DNA from: Minutocellus sp. GHC0000111
Lineage: Eukaryota
DNA length: 64,000 bases
Direction: 5' to 3'
Assembly (NCBI GenBank): GCA_977018835.1
Contig: OZ361256.1
Location: 1,550,001 to 1,614,000 of the forward strand
Below, piece after piece: positions 51,289 to 64,000 of the stretch. The notes beneath the pieces are model-generated. The model was given only the letters and a program-made list of their open reading frames with translations, was not told the origin of the DNA and did no database searches. Each line of letters begins with the position of its first letter. Within the stretch, counting starts at the first letter, position 1. The position numbers and the translations under genes are program-made.

Positions 51289-54200
51289 ATGCCCTCCTCC
51301 CTGGCCAGCCGCATCTCGTCGCCGCTGGCCGTATCGACTCCCAACTCGACCTGCACCACCGCCGAAGACTCATGCGGCGGGGAAGGTCAGGACGTCCTCT
51401 CTCCTCTCCCCACCTCCTCTTCGCTGTCGCGCGCCGCCTCGGCCGCCATTGCCCGTACCGGTGGGTCGGCGCTTGCAAATAAGAAGGGCAAGGGCAAGGT
51501 GAAGCACTCTGGTAGAAGAGGCAGCGGCCACAACAACGACAACCACAACGGAAGGGGACGCAAGACCAGCCAGATGAAGGTGGTGGCCCGCATCCGGCCG
51601 CTGAGCGCCGAGGAAGTGGAGAGGGGGTGCACGGAGACCGTCGTGCCGATCTTTGATGGCGACTGTCAGGATGGCAATGCCAATGACGAACAGAATGTTG
51701 ATGTGGGGGCCGATGAGAATGCACCCCCGTCGGTATTCCACACTCCCAAGATGGGCAATCGCCGCTCCGGCACCACATCTGAAGGTACCGCCGCCGACAA
51801 TGACAACTCGCAGCCGGCATCGACCAGTCTCCTCGCTGGCGGTGGGAATGCCAATACCACCAATTCCTCTGCTGCATCGGCTGCTGCCGTGCCCAAGCAG
51901 TTCGACTACGACGCCGTCTTCTCCTCGTCCACCACCCAAAGGGACGTGTACGACCTGTCCGTCGGGGATGCCATCCGCCGCAACGTCTTTCGGGGGTACA
52001 ACACCACCATCATCGCGTACGGCCAAACCTCGAGCGGCAAGACCTACACCATGAACGGACCGGCACCCCCGACGGAGGCCGAGCAGACCATCGCCGAGGA
52101 CGAGGTGATGACCAGCCCCACGGCCAGGCCGTTCGTGTCTCCCCGAGCGAGGGGGGTGTCGCCCAAGCGACGGGGACAGTCCCCCAAGCGCGGCCCCACC
52201 GGTGGTACTGGTGGTGCTGCTGCCCGAGGCGGCGCTGGTCCCCGTCGTCAGTCGTCTCTGGCCAGGATGGCCGCCTCCACCGCCAGCAATGCCACCCTTA
52301 CACTAACAGAGTCCGATGGAATCATCCCACGTGCCGTCCACGATCTGTTCGAGACGCAGCGGACCGAGCAGAGGGAGGCGCGGATCCATCTGTCGTATTT
52401 GGAAATTTACAACGATAGCATCCGAGATTTGCTGGGCGGCGACGAAGATGGGGATGGTACCGCTGAGAATTTGCCCCTGCTCGACGATGGACATGGTGTG
52501 TCGGTTCGGGGACTTTCCTCGACCGAGGTGCGGACGGCCGGAGAGGCCAAGGAGCTGATGGATCTGGCCAGCCTTCGCAGAACGACCGGGGTGAGTTTGG
52601 CTATGGATTGGAAGTTGTTTCGATAAGGCGAGGGTGTGGGGTGCCAATGTTGCTCTTACTTGGATTCATTTACTGCCAATCAACTGGAATACTCATCACC
52701 GACCTCCTCCTTCTCTTTACTTCTTAGGCCACCGGCTCCAATGCCCGGTCCAGTCGCAGTCATGCCATCTGCATCCTCACCGTGAGTATCAACCACGGCA
52801 AGAGAAAGCGGAGCAAGGCCAAGTTGACCCTTGTAGACCTGGCGGGTTCCGAGCGACTCAAGCAGACGGGTGCCGAGGGTCTGACGCAGCAGGAGGGAAT
52901 CTCGATCAATCGCGACTTGTTTGTTTTGGGCAAGGTCGTTGCCGCCCTCGCCGACAAGTCCAAGCAGGGCCGTCGGTCGTCGGTCACCCACATCCCCTAC
53001 CGGGATTGCAAGCTCACTCGCATCCTGCGCGACAGCCTCGGTGGCAACTGCTGCACCGTCATGGTGGCGTGCATATCGCCCGCCAGCGTCAATCTGGAGG
53101 AATCGGTCAATACTCTGAGATATGCCCAACGGGCCAAGTCCATTACCAATGCGGTGAAGCAGAATGTCGTGGCCAGGTCGTTGTCGTCGACGGAAAGTCT
53201 CGCCATGCAGAAGGAGAACAAGCTCCTCAAGACGCAGATTGCCGACCTCATGAAGACGTTGAATGAAATGAAGATGAATATGATGAGCAAGCCTGAGCAG
53301 GCTGAGATCGAGGAGGGCGAGAAAGATGAAGCCAAGACAACGGAAGCGAAGCCTACCAACATGGGTGGTGAAGACACCGATGCAGAGGCAAAATGTGAGA
53401 CTCCCAGAGAAGAAGCGGTGGGCGAGGCGGCCGTTCCTGCTCAACAGAATAATGACGATATCTTCCTTGACACATTCACCCAGGATGATGGCGTTGATGA
53501 CGATCTGCTCAGTGTTGACATTGACGAAGCTTCGTCGTTCTGTGACTATTCGATTGCGTCGTCCATTACAATGTTCGATGACTCCATCGCTGATGACTCT
53601 TTCGACGTGGATATTGCTGAAAAGCGCGAGCTTGTTGAGCGTCTGGAGGGTGAGTCTGCAAAGCTCCAAGAGCAAATTGACTCCTTGTCCAAGGAAGTTA
53701 CTGAGACAAATGGCCAGCTCCAGGAGGCCAAGGACAAGAAGTTGGATTTGGAGGCCAATGTCAATGAAATGACGGCTACTCAGAATCGTATTCAGTACGA
53801 AATGGACTCAATGAAGCATCACATCAAAATCTTGACGAACGAGCGAAAGGAGATTTTGGAGGAAATCGAGGAGATTCAAGAGCTTGGCGCGGTCATCACC
53901 CTGCTAAACGAAGAACAGGATACTCGGAGGCAAGCGGAAGCCGATGTTGAGCGTTTGAATAAGGAGGCTTCGGCCAACGCTTCGGAGCGCAAGGATCTAC
54001 GCAAGAAGTTTGCCAAGATGGAAGCTGACATGGAGAGTTTGAAGAAGGCCCTCGAGGTAATGTCGAAAGAGAATGCCAACCTCAAGAAGGAGCTCGAGCT
54101 TCGTGACCAAGAGGCTTCAGCTACGCTTGCTATTCCTCCTATGTCGAATGTTCTTGCGGACCGCAGCACAAATGTCGAGAACAATGTCAGCATTAGCGGT

Positions 54201-55202
54201 GCCGACATTAAGGAAAAGAGTGGAGCTGATGCCGGTTCTGTAAGCTCAGAGCATCGGAAAATCCGAATCCATGCGGCCAAGATGCTTTGGTTCGCCAACA
54301 AATCGGTCGAAAATAAGCAACACAAGTTTGGTGATATGTCCGCGGTTAGTTCCATTGCGTCGAATCAGTCCATGGACAGTACCAACTACCTTGACTCGGC
54401 AGATAATTCCATTGCCTCCATCGAGAGCAGCAACACCAAGAGTAGCAAAAATTCCATCTCCAAGAAGCTGAAGAAGAAGCTCGGTCTATCAAAAGGCAAG
54501 AAGAAGAACAAGTCCAACAAGCTCCCACCGAGCAGCATGCCCAAGCCGGATGGAATACTCCCTCGTGATTCTCAGCAGACAAGTAAGACCACCATCGATG
54601 ACCTCATTGCCGGAGCAGCCATTGCTCAAGCTGTTGGAGAGGAAATGGAAGCGGGAAATGAGATCTGCACTTGTACAACGCCAATCTTTGGAGAGAATGC
54701 CAAGGAGATGGAATTTTATCTACCAAAGATTGGTGACAGCGCCTGTACCTGTGGAAAGGGTATGCCCGAGGACCTTTCTATCAAGGGAGGCGATTACTTT
54801 GCACTCGAGAATATTTTGCGACCTTGGCAGGTGGCATTCCTCGCTACTGTTGGAATCAAGTCGGCCAAGGAGCTGATCAATTTGAGCGAGGCTCGCAAGA
54901 GCAGTGTCTGCTCGGCTATGAAGCAGTACCGAAAGAAGATTGCCGCCGATAGTGGCAAGCCAGTCAAGACGCAGCACTGTGCCGTGGCTCTTCACATTTG
55001 GATCAAGACCTGCAAAACGGCACTGAAGAACGAGTACGACGGCAGTGGGCCAAATCTACCCAACTTCCTCGACATTTCTTTCTGCAATTCCCGTGGCGAC
55101 GAGAGTAGTGTGTCCACCATCGGTAATGGATCTGTCAACTCACTGAACTTGAGCGTTGCCAGCAGAAACAGCAACCTCCTCCCACCCATGATTATCAATT
55201 AG
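51289..55202 (+). CDS. Kinesin motor protein (kinesin-4-like) with long coiled coil; intron 52591-52727
   Basis: [98 protein letters not shown]. Confidence 0.9.
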
Positions 55203-55587
55203 GCTGATTGTTGTTGATCGATAAGTATGAAGGGAAAGTCGGCCTCTTATGGCGCTTTGGTACATTTTGCATTACAAACTGCACGCTTTACACTTTTGCT
55301 TGCTTGCTTAATTTTAATGATTGCTAGATACCTTCAATTAGAGTGTACCGAGCAGTGGCTCACTTATGTATTTACTGGGCCGATAAGCTACATATAGTCG
55401 CAATGTGGCTGTAGTAGTGTAGGAGAGTACCGAAACATTAGTAGACGACTCGACTCGACGACTTTATCACAATCAATGTGCAGTGAGGCTGGTTCGGGTG
55501 GCAAGTGCATCATGCTGAGACTGCGGGCGACCGGGCGACGGACAGGGAAAAAGAATTTTGGGCTTCGCGCATAAAAAAGAGAAGAAG

Positions 55588-57144
55588 ATGATGGACTCAT
55601 CGGAGCCTCCCGCTCCACTGAGGGCGCAAGTGATTGTGTACGAAAATGAGCGGCGGTGGATAGGTGGTGGGTTTTCACGCAGAGGACTTCTCCCAACGGA
55701 ACGGGCCGCCTTCTCGACTAATGATGGTAGCCTCTCATTCAAGACCATAGAGGATGCGTCAAAAGCCCTTCTCGGGAAAGGCTGGCAGTGGGAGGAAGAC
55801 GACGTATTTGGTTGGGAATGTATCGACGCCGAAGAGGAGAGGGCACAGGCGGCAGTGGCTGCTTCAGTGTCATCAGCGGCAGCGCAAGGCATGAGCCTTG
55901 AAGATGGCGAGGATGCAGCCGAAGGTGCCAAACCCAACGGCAACGAGAAGAAGTCCTCCCTATCGTCTTCCTTGACAAGTAAGCTGTCAAGAAAGTCAAA
56001 GAAGGACAGTGGAAGTAGTACTGATATGAATGAATCAGAAGGATGGAGGTATTCGGTTGATTTCTCGCCATCGGCTCTACAAAAGGCCACCACAAAGAAG
56101 AGCCCCTTGCACTTTGTCCGACGCCGACGTCTTGTCAGGCACAAGGTATTTGATGCATCGCAATTCCTTCGAGACGAAATTCGCCTTCAGTGTGATCACT
56201 GTGATTCAGAGGCCGTAAATGATGTTTCGCAGAAGTTACTCGAAGTGTTATCGATTGCTACATTGCTACAGACAGATGCTCACAATCTGACGGATGCTGT
56301 TGGCTTGAGGCTCAAAGAAAAATTGATTGATGAATTACACTTTGGAGGGGAGATACCACCATATCTCTTACGAGTCGATAGTCCAACACGTATTCGGAGC
56401 CTTTGCAATGAGCTCGACAAGTTTCCGGACAAGATAACGTCCGTTATTTCTAGCATGTTCAATCGAAACGAGGTGGTGAGAGGTGGCTTACAAGATAGGA
56501 TGGGAGAGGTGGCCGCCCGATTCATGAGCCGAGAAGAACGAGATGAGCTGGCAAAGTTAGCGATACGTCACCTTGATACGCCGGACTTTGTACTGCACTG
56601 TCCAAACCGAAAATGCAGCGAGGCATGCGAGTTCTCCATGACAAAGTGTCCCAACATTGGTTGTGATGTTTGCGAATCTCGAAAGTATATGGCCCATCAT
56701 GATGAAATATGTGGCTACAAAATCATTGACTGCACCAACCAATGCGGAAAGAAGATTGCTCGCAACAAAATGAAAATTCATCTGTCCAGTGAATGTGAAT
56801 TGCGTGATGCAAGCTGTCCCTTTCGCGGAATGGGATGTCCTGCCGTCGTATTGGCAAAAGACTGTCCTCAACATCTTGCCGATGGAGCGGGCGCTCACTT
56901 GCTCTTGGTGGCAGCAAAGATGGATGAACACAACGAACAAATTAGCGACTTGCAAACGCTGGTAAAGAGGCTGCAATTTGAGAATGCATCTCTCAAGCAG
57001 CAGATATCGCAAAATAACGCTGACCGGAAGAGAGACATTGAGGCAATGCAAAAGGAATTGAACAAGGTGAAAAAGGAGGCAACGATTGCTCATAAGGAGG
57101 CCGGTAAGCTTGGGAAAAGTGTTCGGCAGTTGCAGAGGAAGTAG
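55588..57144 (+). CDS. DysF (Pex24p/dysferlin-like) domain + TRAF-type zinc finger + coiled-coil protein
   Basis: YENERRWIGGGFS..LLPTER (DysF-N), GWRYSVDF...VRRRRLVR (DysF-C), and tandem C..C...H...C TRAF-type fingers. Confidence 0.75.
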   Translation: MMDSSEPPAPLRAQVIVYENERRWIGGGFSRRGLLPTERAAFSTNDGSLSFKTIEDASKALLGKGWQWEEDDVFGWECIDAEEERAQAAVAASVSSAAAQGMSLEDGEDAAEGAKPNGNEKKSSLSSSLTSKLSRKSKKDSGSSTDMNESEGWRYSVDFSPSALQKATTKKSPLHFVRRRRLVRHKVFDASQFLRDEIRLQCDHCDSEAVNDVSQKLLEVLSIATLLQTDAHNLTDAVGLRLKEKLIDELHFGGEIPPYLLRVDSPTRIRSLCNELDKFPDKITSVISSMFNRNEVVRGGLQDRMGEVAARFMSREERDELAKLAIRHLDTPDFVLHCPNRKCSEACEFSMTKCPNIGCDVCESRKYMAHHDEICGYKIIDCTNQCGKKIARNKMKIHLSSECELRDASCPFRGMGCPAVVLAKDCPQHLADGAGAHLLLVAAKMDEHNEQISDLQTLVKRLQFENASLKQQISQNNADRKRDIEAMQKELNKVKKEATIAHKEAGKLGKSVRQLQRK

Positions 57145-57596
57145 ATGTAGAGCTACTAGATCTAGACTCCTACAGTGTAGTGCAGCTAGCTAGCTAGAGC
57201 TACCAGTAATCTTGTACCTGTACATGTACATGTAGAATGGTTCGATTCGAACGAATGAATCGAATGAAGCATCATGAATCGAATCTAGGTTTTGTACTTG
57301 GACAAAGGTACTTTTGAGGGTTCTCAAATGACTGCGACACTTATTGGCATTTTCCAGGGGGTCAATAAATCGTGGAACCACTTTGAGAAGTCAGGAAGGA
57401 ACGTCTGTCTCATGCATATCTGCCCCTTTCCTCTCCCGGCGAAGAGGTTCATCACACAATCGCCTGGCTGGAAATACGAGGCGATAATAAACGACTCATT
57501 GGCGACGCAAGCATGGCTGGGGATCAGCGGCATGAGCAGTATCCTGCTTTGGCGGGTCGGCGCCGTCCCCGAGCGGCTTCCAGCAGTCCGGCGTGT

Positions 57597-60500
57597 ATGA
57601 CCATGTCTTTGGCATTCCTCATTACCACCCTTGGTCTCACGTCAGCCATCAGCCTCGACGAGGCTCTTGTGGCCGATATGATCCCGGACGATGCCGACCC
57701 ATCGACCAACTGCCATGATCCTGGGACGACGGTAAGTCGGGTATTGAAGCGCTTCCATGACATGTGAGGACATTTTCGATTATTTCTCTCACTTACACCC
57801 CAAACAATGTCGGCATATTTCTACCCGCAGACATTTACCTTCGATTGGCCAGGCCAGAACAACGAGTCGAAATGGGACCCTCGATGGAGACATGTGGAGA
57901 ACGAAACATTTCTAGCACAAATGGAACACATCGATCCAACCAATTCCAGTCGAAGCTGGACGATCCGCTTTGGAACTGGCGGCAACATCTATTCCTTATT
58001 CTCTCCTAATGGCTACGGCGAGGCGATGCCACCCCAGGCGCGAACGTTCGCGCCGTTCGTCGATGAACTGCACCAGAGTGTCGTCGTTGCTCAACATCTC
58101 AACACGCCAACGGATCCTTACTTCATTCATCAGGCCGGCATCTACACCAAGGACCCACCCTACACAAACAGAGACTTTTTCAGTCCCAATCTAGCTCGCC
58201 ATTGCGCCAACAATTCATGCACTTTCGTGAGTTGGGGCCAACAAGCTCACGTACCGACTAAATATCCCAGCCCTGCCCTTTTCATCAACAGATATACAAA
58301 TTGCGGAGGAGGACTCATCGAGTTTACACACACTGTACAGAACATAGCTCCAAAGGGTGCAGTATATGAACGCTTTACATATCTCAATCTGCCTTGGTCA
58401 GGTATTCGCGAAAGTACGCTTCCGAATGTCCTCACTCCCGACCCAGCCACGTCGACGCTTACTATCGACCCGTCCAATGGAGATGTCCGTACTACAATAT
58501 TTGGCTGGGGAAAGCCAGAAGAAGTTGCAAGAGCTACGAACTTTGGGCCTGGAGCCACTGCCGGTTACACCACATTTGCTGCAAAAATATGGCCCAACGA
58601 GACTGCACTTGCAGTCGATTTACCCTGCGTCAAGCCTAACAGCGATTGCAGCAACGACGCGCTTCCAGATGACCCGGCAAACTGTATGGTTTCGAACTGT
58701 TCAGATGATCAGATCGCCAATGAGGGCTACGAGCGCATGGTCCTTCAGGTAGCGTCGGTTGGCACACACTGTCAACGACGCCTTGATCATCCTGCCGCCA
58801 CTAGGACAAACAATCTCCTCTTGCGCTGCCAGCTGCGTCCGAAGGGAGGCTATGGAAAACAATATGGAACGGAACTGGGTGAATACATCCTTAAAAACTC
58901 CACTGGGCACGGGATTCGCATTAATCAAATCTACCATTGGAGTTGGGCATTGAGCAAGGACTTTGTTGATTTCTTCTTCACCGACTACCCCGACGACGAT
59001 TCTTGGCAAGATACTTTGAAGGGACAAATTGAAGAGACGTTCCCCCCAGGCGAAAACATCACACTAACAACATACGTCATGCCAGAGCCTGAAGGTTACG
59101 ACCCATCAACTCTCCCAAGCCTAACATACATTCATGGCAAAGGAGAGGAGTATGAGTCGGGATACGTTGACGGTCAGGGTAGAATAAGAATCGGCGCTAC
59201 TCACCGAGATTGCAAAAATTTTGTAAGTGTGCATATTTGCCTGGATCTCCAACTTCTTTGCAATCTCCCTTTGACGCCTTGACTATCTTACCTTTTCTTT
59301 TGCTCTTCATCGTAAAATCTTTGCTTTTCTCAGACAAAGGTTCACTACCAGACGCAGCTCTTACCACGAGAGACTTTCGTTACACGACAGTATATGTTCA
59401 GCGGTGCCTTGGGTGATGTTGAATCTGTCGCTACATCACTAGTCAATTCAACGTATGACTCCACATTCATGGACCAAGTGGCATGGAATGAAATGGTGAG
59501 AAAACGATCGATTCAAATCTACACCAGCGAAGCAGATGCCCCGGGAGTCTTTGGCGTGGCTGCAGCCGACGAGGAAGGTGGTGCCTCAACGTCCTGTAGC
59601 ACGGGCACTGTTATTTGCACCGGAAGCACGAATTATGGCTACGAGCTCTTCCCATTCTTTGTACTTAGCTGTGGATCCAAGTCCTATTTTGGCCGCGATC
59701 TGTATCGTTTTGCGCCGGGCCGAAACTATACTTCTGATGTCTTCTTCCAAGGCGGCATCCTCCAGCCCTATGCCTGCGAGGGTGAGCCAGTAGATGTCCG
59801 CCCGACATGGAAGCTCATTGGATACTTTGATCCAGCAGACGAAGGATGCGCTTCTCTCGAAAATTATACATATTCCGAAGATTTTTGTGCCGCCGACCTC
59901 TCAAATCCAATCGAAGAATCCGAGCTTCCGAGCTCAATACCTTCTCTTCAGCCTACGGTCGAAGAGTCGTTAGCGCCAAGCCCGGATCCTTCCCAACCAC
60001 CCACGGCGGAGGAATCAGACCGTCCAAGTTCACTGCCTTCAATTCAGCCAACACCTGAAGAGTCTCCGGCGCCAAGCCTGGGTCCTTCGCAGAGCCCGAC
60101 AGTCGAACGTTCGCAACTCCCAAGTTCTACACCATCGCACTTTCCTACTGGCGACATGACAGAAGCACCGACCGATGTCGAGTATACGATGAATTTGCCT
60201 TGTATAAAGCCCAACTCTGATTGTACCAATGGTGCCGGACCAAATGACGACGAAAATAATTGTATGGTGGATCAGGTGAGTGGATATAGTAGCTTGAATC
60301 GATTTCACGCAATTCATCCTTTATAGAGTAGAGTGGGAAAATGATCTCATATTTTTCTGAATATTTCATCTTTATCACTTGCATTGCCTTACACAGTGCA
60401 CGGACAATATGATTGCCAACGTTGGCTATGAACGCATGGTGCTTCGGGTGCCTGCTGAAGGAACGAAGTGCATCCGTCATAGCTATTCTAGCACTCTCAA

Positions 60501-60795
60501 GAAGCTCGTGCTGAGTTGTCAGCTGCACGAAGCGATATATGGACGGATGGGATTGATGCCTACGAACCGCCCGTATAAATTCACCAACACAACGGGAGGT
60601 TCCATCTATTTTAATCGAATTCATCATTGGTCCTGGACGTCTGCTGCTGGTGAGCCGACCAACTACACCACCTTTTGGACGAATTATCCTGACGATGGCA
60701 CATGGGATATGGGAACAAATTCGCTGAAAATACAAATAGAGGAGACTCTCCCTCCCAACATGATTGTCAAGGCCTTGTTGCATGTCGCCTCCTAA
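57597..60795 (+). CDS. Secreted protein of unknown function with Pro/Ser/Thr stalk and duplicated Cys-containing domain; introns 57732-57830, 59223-59333, 60276-60396
   Basis: Signal peptide MTMSLAFLITTLGLTSA. Three phase-0 GT-AG introns link four ORFs in frame. PSxxPT repeats. Confidence 0.75.
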
Positions 60796-60933
60796 TGAAA
60801 AATTGAATGCATGTTTTATAGCAAACAGATACGATAGAGCCATCTAGCCTAATAGCTTTTAGGTCTTAAGGCTATGCCAAGTTGTCCCCCTCCAATTTCG
60901 CCGAGAGCAATGTATCATTAAATCAGAATGTGA

Positions 60934-62334
60934 TCATTCATCCTTTGCTTCCGATACCATTTCTCGAAAGAAATTTGACGAAGCTCCATGAACGCTCTGG
61001 GCGTTCGCCGTCGCCGGCATACCAGCCCAGGCGTCGGCATTTTTCTTCTTTGTACCCTTACCGACGTGAGTTATGCGGTGCTCATCGGCTCGGCGCATGT
61101 CGGTCAACGGTTCGGGAGGGTTGTCAACGATGTTCAATACGGCCTTTTCCGCCAATTTATCCAATTCCTCGTCAAGCTTGTCCAGCTGTGCCTTGGCTCC
61201 TTTGCTATCAAGAAGCTTCTTTTCTTGTCTCTTATCCAACGTCTCACCAAATGCGAGCATTCTCTCATATCGCTCTGCATCGCGAACCTTACCAAGTAGC
61301 CTGGAGCGTTCACGCTTCTTTCCGGACGAAAGTAGTCGCTAGCGACATAGCTTCGCGTACCACTTCTTTCTCAAGTTTCGCCGTTCTTCTTCGGACATGT
61401 CACCAATCAATGTGGGGTCTAGGAAAAAGAGATGATGAACCACGAGGGCGGTGGCCACCGAAAGATTGAGAGAATCGGCAAACCCACGCAGCGGAAGGTA
61501 GACTCGCATGTCGGCCTCCCGGAGCATCTCTGCGGTACAACCCACGGCTTCCGTTCCAAAGACAATGGCTAGCTTGTCTGGAATGGGATTGGCATCACCA
61601 TCCTCATCCTCACCCAAACCTCTGGCAGCCAACAAATCCTCCCTCTCCAAACATACCGCCTCCTGACTCAGATCGGTCGCCCACACCTGATATCCGTCCT
61701 TGCGCAGGGCCTTCAGACATTCGGTGGTGGAGTCGTACTCGTGCACCTCAAGCCACTCGGTAGCCCTCTGCGCGAACAGATGGTGCAGTGCCCGGTCCTT
61801 GACCTCGGACTTGCTGGCATCCTTGACAACCCGTCCGCCCTTCCCGACGGCCCGGAGCTTGGCAGAAGAAGATGCCGTCTCGCCTGCTTCGTCATCATCA
61901 TCGACAACTGCATCGTCAGCACCCTCCAACGTCTTTTGCGTTGGCGGCGAGATGACGTAAATGTGCTGCACGCCCAATGCCTCGGCAGTTCGGTGGATGG
62001 CGCTGTAGTTGTGATCGTTGGTGCAGCGCTCGATGACGACGACGAGGCGGCTGGTCCGAAGGCGGATGGCACCCTCGGCCTTGCGGATCATGCGCTGATC
62101 GAGCTCGGGCGAGTCGAAGAGCTGGCTGTTGGTGCTGTTCGAGGTGCTACTTTGCTCATTTCGGCTGGCGTCGTTCGAGTTCGAGTATGCTGGGGACGGA
62201 GAGGGAGAGGCACCGCGTGCCTGCTGATCCTTTTGGCGCTGGAATTGCTGGTACAGAACTACAGAGATCAGCGCCGATGCTGCCCCTGCAACGAACGACG
62301 CCGCTGTTGCCGCCTTGTTGGAGGAGGCGGTCAT
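60934..62334 (-). CDS. SpoU/TrmH-family RNA 2'-O-methyltransferase; in-frame TAG at 61339-61341
   Basis: ERCTNDHNYSAIHRTAEALG, IVFGTEAVG, PLRGFADSLNLSVA (SPOUT motifs). The same frame continues after the TAG to 60934. Confidence 0.85.
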
Positions 62335-62550
62335 GGTGGCGGTATTGAGCGAAAATGACACGCTGATTGAGCGAGAGCTGAATGAATGGTCTGGCCGTCA
62401 CTAAAGTGAAAGGACTCCTATGGGGATGATCGGCCTTTTGAGAGGAAAGCCCTGCCTGCCAGCCATTTTTGACCCAAGCGCCAAGCCGCCAAGCAAAGGG
62501 CTCTCACGTCGGAAGGCAAAGCAAAGCAGATATCTTCGACTGCACCAGCC

Positions 62551-63864
62551 ATGGGAAAGCGCAAGTCCAAGGCGACGACGGCTGGTTCCGTCTGGTCCTC
62601 TCTCCCCTGGAAGAAGGCCTCGACCAGCACAAATAGCTCTGGCGCCGCTACCGCCGCCGGCGACGACGAGCATGACGAGTCCAACTCCAATCCTCACCAA
62701 CCATCCCATCCCGACGACCTCGGCTACAACCACTACGACGACCCCGACACCACCGACGCCCGCTTCGAAGGAGAACTGTACGATGCCGAGGCATCGTCGT
62801 CGTCCAAGGGCAAGAAGGGCGGGGGGAAGAAACGCAAGATGCAGCAAACTGCCTCAAGTGGCATGGACGGTGCCGACGATCCTGGCATATTGTTCGGCTT
62901 CGAGGTGGTCGATGCAAGTCATTTTATCGTGAAGAAGGAGAAGGTGGGCGGGGGAGAGGTGAGCCGCGTCATTCCCGTCACCAGAAATGATAACGATAAC
63001 GACAACAATGATGACGACGATGACGATGAAGGCCAGGCTGCAGCGCCAGAACAAAAGAAGGCGAAGAAGGCTGTGAAATCTGCCAAGGGGGAACCAAAGA
63101 AGAAAGCTCGTACTGAGGATAACGATGGCAATGATACTTCTGATGATGATGATGATGACAATGCCAAGGGCAATTCCACCGTCGAGGCGGAGGAGGAGGA
63201 AATCAGGCAATTAAAGAAATGTCTGAAACGCAAGGAGGCCAAGCTGCGCAAGAAGAAGCGGAAACAAGAGGAGGCCGAAAAGAAAAAGAAGCAGCAGGAA
63301 GATAACAATTCTAAGGATGATGGCGACGCAGGTCCGACGCAGCAGGAGATGGACGCCGTCCGAACCAACTGGTCGGTATCTGCCCCAGGGGTTTACCTGC
63401 ACGGGACGCTGTGCCGGGGACTGGCCAAGCAGGGATTTGCCACGCCGATGCCCATCCAGTCGTCGACGCTTCCGGCGTCCATCCTGGGACGGAGGGACAT
63501 CGTCGGTGCCGCTCCGACCGGATCCGGCAAGACGCTGGCGTATGCACTGCCCATGCTTCAGGGGATATTGACGGCGCGTGATGAAGCCAAGGGCGGTGAT
63601 GATGACGGTAGTGATAGCGGTGCCAGCGAAGAGCCGGCGAAAAAGAAGGGCGACACTCGCCCGAAGGAACCGCTCACCGGCCTCGTACTGTGTCCAACTC
63701 GCGAATTGGCCGTTCAGGTGTCTTCAGAGATCCAAAAGGTTTGCTGCAATGAAGTGGGAGTTGGTACCATCGTCGGTGGGTTGGCCGAGCAAAAACAAAA
63801 GCGGGTACTCAATGTCAAGCGGCCGCCCATCTTGGTGGCGACTCCCGGTAGGCTGTGGGAGCTG
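62551..63864 (+). CDS. DDX24: DEAD-box RNA helicase, DDX24/MAK5-like (5' exon; gene runs off the window)
   Basis: Q motif GFATPMPIQ, AAPTGSGKT, PTRELA, GGLAEQKQKRVL, ATPGRLWEL, followed by a GTAAGT donor at 63865. Confidence 0.8.
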
Positions 63865-64000
63865 GTAAGTCAAGTTTCCTCCATTTTCCAGCATATGCAT
63901 GTGTATGTGTAGACCAAAGGCAAAGCATGCGGCATTCACGATATTGGTTGGTGATGACAAGACATATCCTAGACATCTGTTTGAATCCTTCTCGGGCTTA

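Overview
Gene-dense eukaryotic nuclear DNA, most likely a diatom or other stramenopile (inferred from short GT-AG introns, an ASAF-like plastid presequence and diatom-type gene families). About 17 host genes are present: a plastid membrane protein, a Tudor/SNF2/RING helicase, a Tyr-phosphatase-like protein, two CRAL-TRIO paralogs, a sulfotransferase-like protein, an F-box/MSP/TM protein, a giant 7-module LRR surface protein, two kinesins, an M13 peptidase, VPS11, a DUF2439 low-complexity protein, a DysF/TRAF protein, a secreted protein, a SpoU methyltransferase and a partial DDX24-like helicase. The standout is an apparently full-length ~8.4-kb tyrosine-recombinase retrotransposon (Ngaro-like; split direct repeats A1...B1-A2-B2; 32500-40913). 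It shows (i) a systematic TpA->TpG/CpA mutation signature that has removed nearly all tyrosines except the catalytic ones, (ii) a gag UGA-CGG plus hairpin readthrough signal, (iii) splice signals that would join the readthrough frame to RT or to the recombinase, and (iv) an extra 5' ORF of unknown function. Several single-base frameshifts suggest assembly indel errors.
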